Below the pieces are notes generated by a model that worked only from the letters and a program-made list of their open reading frames with translations, searched no databases and was not told the DNA's origin. A program made the position numbers and the translations under genes. Below, in pieces: positions 53,392-64,000 of a stretch of DNA of 64,000 bases. The DNA comes from Octopus sinensis (lineage: Eukaryota), in NCBI RefSeq assembly GCF_006345805.1, contig NC_043015.1, forward strand, positions 2,914,001 to 2,978,000, given 5' to 3'. The first letter of the stretch is position 1. Each line of letters begins with the position of its first letter.

Positions 53392-53444
<53 letters not shown>

Positions 53445-53480
53445 CCTATATATATATATATATACATACATATATATATA

Positions 53481-53512
<32 letters not shown>

Positions 53513-55496
53513 GTACTAGAAATAGAAACCCAAATCGAAAAATTAAATAATTTATGATAATTCAATTGTATTAATTTACACGAACAAATGACACACCCAC
53601 ACACATACATAGTCACACATGAATCTATGTAGGATTTAAATATGTCTTTTAAATGTGTGCATAAAAATATTGATAAAGTATTTTTAATTACTTAATTCAA
53701 TTTATATGCAGATATTTAACAATCTACATCAGCAGTGTTTATATCAAATTAAGATCGAGACTATATTTTCTGTTGTTTGTTTTTTTCCCTTTCATACACT
53801 ATTTACTTTTTATTTCCTAACATTTTCTATTATGCGTTATTATCATTTAATTTCCGTTCTTAGACTGACACCATGCTTGTACAAGACATTGCACAGTTAT
53901 TTTAGTCGAACAAATACACTACATTTCCATAAGGCTTTTCCAGATACGTATCATGAAGGTATTGCATTTTAATACTTTTTTACTGAACCGGTAAGTTACG
54001 GGGTCATCAACACAAGAAAATTTTGTGAGGCAGTGGTAAGAAATCTACTTACTTGACAGCCACCCTGCGCCTAAATATATATAATACTTACTATTTATTA
54101 ATTAACTAAACGCGAATCATCCTTTTCTAAGTAAATTTGTATTTTATCTTGTTGATGCAGCACTGCTCTAAACTGTTTTCTTCCTTCATCCTTGAATAAT
54201 TCCCTTTTTCATCGCCTCCCCTTTCTTTCTGTCTCTCCTCTCTTCTTCTTTCTTTCTTTCTCTCTCTCTCTCTCGTTGCACACACGTCATCATCTGGCAT
54301 CTTCCTTTCCCGCACGAGCCCATCTTTCTTGATAGTTCTAAGTAATATACCCAACCGACTGATGTAGTAATGAAATTCCACATTCGATTCTAATGTAACC
54401 AATATATACTCTAAGAACATTTGTAGCTGAAACACAGTTTTCTGGATGTAAATAGAACAGGTTAGATATATTTTATCCATATCCATCTTTTACGTGTGAT
54501 ATGCCTGTTTTAGACGGGCATTATGTTTTTCTACATTGTTGTCTATGCTCATATATATGAAATGAACACATATAATAACTATCATGAAATAAAAATTAAT
54601 TCAGTCGTCAGATAGATATTGTAGCATACTAATATACATGTTTGCTATTCCAGAAGATTGCATGATAAAAAGATATAGAATTATATACAAATAAATCAAA
54701 ACGAAATTTTACACATTAGACCATATATTAAACATCCTAAATAATTATATCCATATTGCGACAAGATCACTTTCTTTTAAAATTACAAACATACACATAC
54801 TCACAAATGCATACATACACATATTAGTGCACATAAAAATACATCAAACAAATACGCACACACACACTCACACATATACACATACAAGTGCACACGCACA
54901 TATAGCATGAGATGTTCGATACCGTAGAGTACGGGAGTATTTGAAAGTGTGGCTTTATGCATAGAACTTAGACACAGGCACGCAATCATCTTACTATGCC
55001 TTCATTGTATAAATGTTTATGTTCTAATTTATCTTCATAAAAACTGACTTTGTATAAATGGCACAAATTCATGAAGTGATCAATCAAGTGTAAAACAGGC
55101 ACTTTATTTTTACTTTCACGCTTGAGAAGCAGAACTAAGTGACTGAGAGCCAGTTAATTTATCATGACACACAGATTAGAAGACATTTGCTCCATTGTCA
55201 GAGTTATTGATTTCTAAAAATAGATTAATTCTCCGACCAGAAAAAAAAATGTAAATATTGGTATATACTTCATTGGTGTCTTGCTTAAACTTATCATTGT
55301 AAATGGTTTACGATATAAACTTTGTTCCTTTCAAAGTAAAAACAGGAGCTTTGATAGTTCTGCAGTGAAACTGCCATGGATCCTGTAATATTACACGCAA
55401 CGCGTTAGAATATTTTGGAAAATGCTTCGTTCAAATGTATAAAATAATTATATATTTCGGAATGAATATCCTAAGGTGGATATGAAACGCAAAAAA

Positions 55497-55665
55497 GGCA
55501 GTGACGTAGGTGGATCATCAGCGCAATTCGTTCCGCTTTACGTTCTGAATTATAATTCCGCCAAGGTCAACTTTGCCTTTCATTCTTCGGCCTCGATTAT
55601 GCAACTACGAGTTGAGTTTTGGGGTCGATACTATAGAATTAACTGCTCCCTCGAAATTGCTAAGC
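55497..55665 (+). mobile_element. Decayed Nin/Deu-domain-type SINE (family C)
   Basis: TTTACGTTCTGAATTATAATTCCGCCAAGGTCAACTTTGCCTTTCATTCTTCGG...GGGGTCGAT. Confidence 0.62.
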
Positions 55666-58600
55666 TTATAAATGTGCTAAGCTTATAAACCGATATGACA
55701 CATGAATGAAAATCATCCAGTAAATCTGCTTGCTCGCATGCGCGTGCATATATGCGTGTGTGCGTATATTTAGAAGGATGAGTAAATCTAGGAAAGATGT
55801 TTTGGAATATATATATCTGTATTTGAATTTGAAATCACGCACATATTATTACCATGGTGGACTGTCCCATATAGAAATATTTTGAGGTAGAGCTATTCCA
55901 AAAATGTCGAGCTGAGTTGGCGAAGGTCGAGTTTTTTTGCTTGATTATCATATTTTTGTGTATTTCACCCCGAACGACGTACATTGGCCAAGATACCCAT
56001 AGATCGTTCTAGGACGACAGCAATTCAGCTTTAGGTGACAATAATACCTTCTGACTGCCCCCACACCATATGGGCTTAGCACACGCTACATGATAATGCA
56101 TACTTTGGTTTTGATGCAATATTGGTCTAGAGGAAGCAATATTTTCAGTGATGTATTGAGTGATGATATTTTTACAGATGCAATATGACAAATGCAGTCT
56201 AAGAAAGTTCTGAGAAATATCGTAACACATTGATATCTAGAAAACAAACGACTCACACTAAGATGTACTGCTTGGGCAAGTAGGTCTAGTTGAGTGGTAT
56301 TGATCCTCAGGAGGAATTTTATAAGTGGATACAATCGAAAAGTAACTCGTTTACACGAAAATGCCCATTTCCCAAACATTCCAAACTGCTCATGATATGT
56401 GAAACAGTTGGAAACAGCAGTCCTGAAATTCATTCAGTCGAGATAATCCATTCTGAAAATCACATCGTAACCTCCTTCGGCCAGGAAGGGGAAGTTGTTC
56501 CCCTCTAAATAGGACTTAGATGAAATAGTTTGCGTGGCGGGCCCCTCTTACTCATTAAATGTTACAAGTTTTATTTTAAAAGGAAAATTAATGTGGATAT
56601 GATTGCACGCTTTCATAGGAAATTTTTTTAGAGCTGAAACATAACGGCGTGTGAGGCGTGAGCAAACGTGTCTAGGCGTTGAATACTCGTCATACATAAA
56701 GAAGGTCGGTAATTGCGAGGAGGCAGTTATCCCAATATGCTAGGTTATCGATATTATTTATTTAATTGCCTCCAATAAACCCGCGGTTACGATTTCCCTT
56801 TTACGTTCTTTTATTTTTCTACTTTTGCTTAAAAATATTTTTTGGATGTATTCCCGCACCGTACGATTCATGGTCCTTTCTCAGAGTATGGGATCACGAA
56901 ACACCGTATTAGTAGTAGTAGTTATTGTAGTACTAGTAGTAGTTATAGTAGCAATGATAATGACAATGATAATAATATGCATATATGAATATATATATAT
57001 AATGTTTTTATTATTATTATTATTATTGCGATGTTTCCAAACCCATATATATGTATATATATATATATTGAAGTTCGTTCCTGATAGGTCTGTCTGGCCT
57101 CTTACATCTTCCCTTGATGTACTTCCTCAAATTTTCTATATACGTGTGTGTGTAGTCTGTATGTGTGTAGTATATGTTAAAGAAGGAAATGTAGGTTCTA
57201 AACAGATAACATAACTTTAGTAACATATTTTCAATTTTGATATGCCTATTATTGTTCAAATATCTAACTCATTCAGATTACAAATTTATAAATTAAAATG
57301 GCATTTTGAAAATTGACACAAATGGAAGTTACCTCTTAATTGATTTAGCTATCTCAACAGACAAAACATATAATCATTCGTACATTAATATGTGCATGTG
57401 TGTTTAAGTATTGTTACAAAAAATGAAACCGCTGTAAGTAGGTATGTTTTTTGTTTTTATTTCGTTTGTGTGATTATGTATGTTAACTTGCTTGATATCG
57501 AAGAAGCTATTAACTTGGCAGGTATATTATTTTCTACTATGGTTAATAAGGCTGAAATAAATAAAATGGCAGATTGGCAAGACCTGGGTAATAAATTTCA
57601 TGAACACAAACTGAAACGATATACCCCAATACGTAAATACAATTATCTTAAAAACAGATAACTAATAAAATTACAAATAAAACAATATTACGTAGCTGAC
57701 AATTTCATCTGCAAAAGAAATAAAATGTATCTTAGTCAAAGTTCTGTACAGGTTTATTTCGAAGCACTTCACTAAAGGTAAGAAAAACGTGATGATTAAC
57801 ATTAATAAAATTGAAATTGGCTTCTACATCTCACAGGACCTTTCTCAAATTAATTATTCAATTAATAATACAAGATTGAATAGTTTCTATAATAACACGG
57901 ATAGCAACAATACCGATATATTGCAAAGCAACCGTGATTAATCCAACTATAGAATAAATACGATGAAACCTTCGAGTAGAGAAAGGGTAATAGCCAACGA
58001 ATTTAACCATAAAATTAGAAATAATTAAAACGGAACTAATGATATGGACATGAATGATATTGGCCACAATCTTACAATGACAAATGTAAATAAAATTTGT
58101 ACTTCAAGATTTTAAAATATTTCCCCGTTAAAACATTTTCGCAAGCAAAAACACATAATATATAGGTATAAAATATAATCAGAGGAAATAAATCATTATT
58201 ACATTGGTTATACGAAAAAACATAGTAAGAGAAGAATTGCCGACCTCGAAAACACATTTCGAAACAGAAATAAATTAACCAGCACCAGTCTAAGTCAAAA
58301 GTAAATAAGATAACATAAATTGGGGAAAATCCTATAACATAAGGAATAAACGCTGTAATTTATACACAAATGAAATTAGTATTCCTCCAAATGTTAACAT
58401 CGAAACAAAAATTACTTAATAGTAAAGAAGAAAGAGAATACCCTGCAGACATTCATCTAAATATGTGTTATAAAAGTACATTTAAAAATTAAAATAAAAT
58501 ATGCAAAAAGAATCGAATAAAATATACGTTAAGTAATTGATAAATATAATTAGATAGTTTAATGATATATGTTCTTGAATATAGACCTGTATCACGGATA

Positions 58601-59010
58601 GGAACAATACCGATATCTTCCAAAGCAAGCGTGGTGAATTCAACTATAGAATAAAAGCGATGAAACCTTCTGGTAGAGAAATAATGAAAATAACTGTAAC
58701 ACAAATTTTGATCTGGCGGAACGTGAATGTGGCATTCAAAATAAACAATAACAAAACTAGAAAATAGATATTAAATGAATAAAATGAGTATAAACTAAAC
58801 CTTAGTACCAGCAATTATGCTAATTAATTTCGAAAATAGTTTAATTAATTAAAAATCGTGACACCTGGCTATTTATCTATTTATAGGATTCAACCGGGGT
58901 TACTTGAAAGCTGACATCCCTTTTAAGAGAAATCTATATGCTTGGAATAACATATACTTGTATGTGTGTTTATACAGACAACGAAGTAGAAAGATTATTA
59001 GTGGCAGTAA

Positions 59011-59248
59011 TACTACTACTACTACTACTAATAATAATAAGAAGAAGAAGAGAAGAAGAAGAAGAAGAAGAAGAAGACGAAGAAGAAGAAGAAGAAGAAG
59101 AGAAGAAGAAGAAGAAAAAGAAGAAGAGGAAGAAAAAGCAAAAAAAAGAAGAAGAAGAGGAAGAAGAAGAGGAAGAAGAAGAAGGAGAAGAAGAAAGAAG
59201 AAGAAGAAGAAGAAGAAGAAGAAGAAGAAGAAGAAGAAGAAGAAGAAG
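59011..59248. repeat. (ACT)n(AAT)n-(GAA)n compound repeat
   Basis: Directly visible. It is the source of the poly-R/E/K and poly-F/L ORFs. Confidence 0.96.
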
Positions 59249-59249
59249 G

Positions 59250-60160
59250 TATTGACGAGTGGTTGACCCACAGGCCTCTGCATCGTCAATATATACTTCG
59301 AAGCCGAAATACTTCTGTAGACCAAGGAACAGACCTTTCAGTTGCGTTGAAGCTTAGGACTGAAACCGAAGGCTGAATGTTTAATATTGGCAGCATAAGA
59401 TCAAAGGTTCCTTAACAAATCTATCAGGATAATTTTCTTGGAAACGCTGCTGACCTTAAATGCATTTTCTGCGACAAATGTACTGAAACAATCTGGTCCC
59501 GGGATGACATTTCCTCACACCAAACGGATTAGAAAATCGGACAGTATACAAATTGGAAAATATGTAGACATTACAAAATCAGCATCCATGCTTGCTGGTA
59601 TAAGCATCAACCTAAGCAAGCTTTTGAAAGTAATAATGTCATAATGCACTGGGATTTTCCAGTCAAATCTCATAGAAGGATCTGAGATAATCGACCAGAA
59701 ATAATTATTAAAAACGGGAAATACTTATAGATGCAAGAGTTCACACTGATAAAAATATACCTGTTAAGGAATTTGACAAATCAAATAAATATAAGAACCT
59801 GAGAATTGACGTAAAAAAGATGTGGCATCTTAATGCGAAAACTGTCCCTATTATTATGGGTGCCCAAGCTATGATAAGAAAGGGATTTCAGAAATATCTA
59901 TACGATATCCCAGGAGAACCATGCCTCAGAAATATCATAAAGATTGTGCTGACAACTACTGCCCACATCCTTAGAAAACCCTATCAATTTGAATGTCTGT
60001 GTTGTATTACATGAAGATATTTCGCAACTGCTCCTGCACCGTCCCGTACCCAAACACCCAGTCAAACTGTCACAACTCTTAACTTTCACGCGCCATAGGA
60101 TGCTGGGTGAGTCTCGGCAAGTTTGAATAATAATAATAATAATAATAAAATAATAATAAT
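59250..60160 (+). mobile_element. R4/Dong-clade LINE 3' remnant with (TAA)n tail
   Basis: Decayed peptides LGLKPKAECLILAA*DQ and KYKNLRIDVKKMWHLNAKTVPIIMGA...KIVLTTTAHILRK. Ends in (TAA)n at ~60126-60160. Confidence 0.82.
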
Positions 60161-61489
60161 CAGTGTTATTAATATCATTAAGTTTGCTTTTTTGTTCTGT
60201 CATCAATATTTGCATCATATACTAAATACATCTCTTAGATAAAATACGTCTTTCAGAGAATTTTCTTCCGGAACTGTATTCTGTTTGAAATGTTTTCGAA
60301 CATGGCTTCTAGTACATGAACAGTAGTAAAATTTATACACAGTCATTTAATCATCATGTACACGAAATCAAATTAAGTAAAAAGATTAAATGATTTCAAT
60401 AAATATTGAACAAAAATAAAGGACGAAAGAAAAAAAATGAAAATACACTCAATTAGGAATAGTTACAGCTGAATATTGGAAAATGTGTACGTGCAGCAAT
60501 TAATGAAACACACACATACACATATGTACAAGCAAATACATTCACACACACACACACGTGCACACTCACGCACGCACACACAAGCACGAACAGACTTGCA
60601 AACATGTCAAATAAGAATATCGAAGAAGACAGTAAAAAGTTATCAACAGGAAATAGCTAAAAGTTTTCCAGCTTTATTTTATCGGAAGAAATGCGTCATG
60701 ATTTCTCGTTTTGTTGGGGCTCCTTCCTGCCTGCTTCCGTCTCCGTCTGGCTGACTATCTTTCTTTGCCTTTATATCAACCATTTGCTAAGTAGTTGGCT
60801 AAGTAAATAGTTTCTGCCTTTCAACGCCGTTTGACAAGGGATGTCACTTGAATGCGACATATATTGCTAATACATGGCTAGGCCCCCACATTTTCAGTAT
60901 ATGACTAGGTGTCTCCATCTAAAATGTTATGGGATTATGGATCTATAATTGTTTTAAAATTGAGTGTGAGCAGGAGAATCATCTGGAAATGTGCCGCATA
61001 CCCGGAAGCAGGCCATACATCCGGAAGTAGGCTAAAGCAACAATATTTAAAATGAAATATACACAGCATCAATTTGACGGAAATTCCCTGACGATGTTTA
61101 TCTTAGATTAATGTACAATTCTTCTGGCATATATCGGAAACCACCATAGGATAGAGGTAAAAAAAAAACAAGAACGGACGACGACAATCATAAAAATAAG
61201 TTCTGTATATTGTTACATAAATATTCGTATACATAACACGTAGACTATTTATTATGTATTAAGCTCATAAACGATTTACCAAATGCTTTACCTGATGATG
61301 CAAAATATTTCACGGAACAGTACACCCTCACTTATTTACCTTTAATGTGGATGAAAACTTTAATGTATGCTTACATGCATGCATACATATACTTACATTC
61401 ATGTATATATCTATATATGAACATCTGATAAGAAATTCGATAATATGTGTATATGTGTGTGTATGTACGTATGTATATATGTATATATA

Positions 61490-61545
<56 letters not shown>

Positions 61546-61580
61546 CTGTGTGTCTGTGTATGTGTGTGTATGTATGCATG

Positions 61581-61622
<42 letters not shown>

Positions 61623-63570
61623 ATATATATCAGTGATATCCGATTCAATACAACATGGTCAGAGAAAGAACGAGTAAACAATCCTCACATAGATGGATCA
61701 TTGTTGTTAAAGCCAGGAAATAAACATCTTGGGTCCGTATCACTGTAAAGCTAAAAATCATACAGTCAACAGGCATATTTTTAGATATTAGGGGTGAATT
61801 CTTCTCTCCCTGCACAGAAAAGCAATATTACACAATCTGGAAATCCAGAGACGGACCACCACACTCTCAGGATAAATGGAGTATATACAACACCGTATAC
61901 CCACATACAGAGGTAACATTGCTCCTGATGAACTCTTTCAGCTTACAAACACACGAACATCACATATGCCCGGAATATAATATGATATAATGCAAACAAA
62001 TTCACCGTCCAACACATTTTCTGAGTACCGAAACACCAGGGCGATAACCGCAAAAGGTGTCATCCATGTTTAATGTCTCTTGATTTATTGTTTTCTTTAC
62101 AACACATGTTCTGAACTCCCAGGATATTTTGAGCTTTCATCGAAAAGGGAGACGGCCACCGTTGCTTCTTATAATCGGTTCGAAAATTGTTAAGATATAA
62201 ATATATATTTACATGAAACCAATCGTAGACTTAATACACAAACAAAGAAACTTTCCACACCAATCCGGTATTAAGCACTTATTTTCCTTGTTCGACATTT
62301 ACGTTTACATGTGCACGTGTGCGTGTTTGTGTATGCATGTATGTGTGTGTGTGTTTGTGTGCGTGTGTTTGTATGTGTGTTTGTGTGCGTATGTGTGTTT
62401 TTCTGTCTAGGTTAAAAATGGTGTACAAATTTTATATATGAAGAAAAAAAATTTACATTCCGCGTGATGTTATCCACATATTCCAAGACATATATGTATA
62501 TACGCGTGAATTATTTGAAAAAAATCCGGAATTGAAAATGTTTTCTTGAGGTTTAGAAAGAGGTGGCTTATGCAAATATGATAGCAAATTCGGAGCATTG
62601 CGTAAATATATGTGTCCATGTATTTGCCTGAAAGCATGTACGCGTGGTAAAGTTCAGAAAAAAAAGGAAACGAAAGAAAGACAGAAAAATAACAGAGATA
62701 AGGAGAGCGAGAATGACAGAAAGTCTGCAAGATAGGTAGAGAGCAACAATGAAAGAAAGAATGGAAGAAACAAAGAAAGAAAGAAGAAAGTCAGAAAGAA
62801 AGAATAAAGAACAAAATAAAGAAACGAAGAAATAAAGATGTGTTTTTTCATAGATTGTAGAAATTGATGATAGGCCATGGAGACCAACAGTCTTAAGAAT
62901 TACAATTAATTGTATTAAGTTATTGTAGAACCACTTCTTTCATCGTGTTAAGTGTCATATTGCCCTGCGTGCGTATATTCTGTCTTCACTCTTTTTTCTT
63001 TTCTCTAGACGTTATCCTTCCCCTTTTCCGCCTTCATTTCGTCCCCTATTTTTTCTCTATTCTCTCCTTTTGGCCGTGTTTCCCTTTCTCCATTACCTGT
63101 TATTGATACGTGACCTGCTTTTCTTCTTTCACCCCATATATTCAACCGATCGGGGGCCCAATATTTCTGTCTTGCTATTTCCATAAGCGTTACACACCAT
63201 TATTCTCTTTTGCGCCCGAAGGCCGTATTCCACTCTTTTCTATTTATTCCTTCCTTGTCCATCGTCTTCAATTACATTTTTCTGTTATTATCGTATGTCC
63301 CCCCTGTATTGTTTTGTTTTCTTGAGGCACAACAATATCTGCAGCTTTCGCAAGCACCACCAATATGGGACATTCTCATTGTTATCATTAATGGTGCGAA
63401 ACTGACTATTACCACTTTGGTTGATAACTGATAAAGATTTCATACATACATACACACTCACACACATATATATATGTGTGTGTGTTTATGTATGTATATA
63501 TATATATATGTGTGTGTGTGTATATGTTTATGTATATATATATATATATATGTGTGTGTGTTTATGTATG

Positions 63571-63605
<35 letters not shown>

Positions 63606-63633
63606 ATATGTTTATGTATATATATATATAAAT

Positions 63634-63772
63634 ATACCAAATCAATTCACAAGGCTTTGGTCTTCTCGAGGCTATAGCAGAAGACACTTGCCAATGATGC
63701 CACACATTGGGAATGAACCCGGAACCATGTGGTTCATAAGCAAGCTACTTACCACACAGCCACTCTTACGTC
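63634..63772 (-). mobile_element. SINE family A, 5' half
   Basis: GAACCCGGAACCATGTGGTTCATAAGCAAGCTACTTACCACACAGCCACTC is the reverse complement of the tRNA-like head. Confidence 0.85.
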
Positions 63773-64000
63773 AAAATATTTCATTTTAGCATATGTACAA
63801 TATATTCGAGCAGCAAAATTCTTATTTGTAATATTATAACTTTGGAAATATTTATTGATTTCTACAGTTTAGTTCCCTACGCTTGTATATTGGTAATCCT
63901 GAATGTATGAGAATTTATAATTTACATTCCTTATGACGTTATCCACATATTCCAAGACATAAATCTAAAAGAAATTCCTTTGCAGCGAATGTGAAATTAA

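Noticed and set aside
55990-56510. Overlapping 70-115 aa ORFs in GC-richer sequence
   Set aside because: No recognisable domain. At best a heavily decayed LINE fragment, which I cannot support.
61292-61325. CTGATGA...GGAA motif (similar isolated boxes at ~8325 and ~21859)
   Set aside because: No intact GAAA box and no helix I closure, so these are chance 7-mer matches.

Overview
AT-rich, microsatellite-dense eukaryotic non-coding DNA, intergenic or intronic. The SINE families point to a coleoid cephalopod, probably Octopus (my inference from recalled repeat sequences, not a database result). I cannot support any intact host protein-coding gene: the ORF track is almost entirely translated microsatellites, SINE sequence or decayed transposon fragments. 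The window contains many tRNA-headed SINEs, three R4/Dong-type LINE remnants, mariner/Tc1, Chapaev3-like, piggyBac and Helitron-like relics, and fold-back MITEs. The most interesting signal is a set of short non-coding elements inserted in (TA)n tracts that carry hammerhead ribozyme (HHR) folds. Two of them (30302-30705 and 36545-37053) have a terminally redundant 'one monomer plus a bit' structure, as expected for retrozyme-like retrocopies of small self-cleaving circular RNAs or for Penelope-type pLTR units. All structures and alignments were read by eye, so the ends of decayed elements are approximate.
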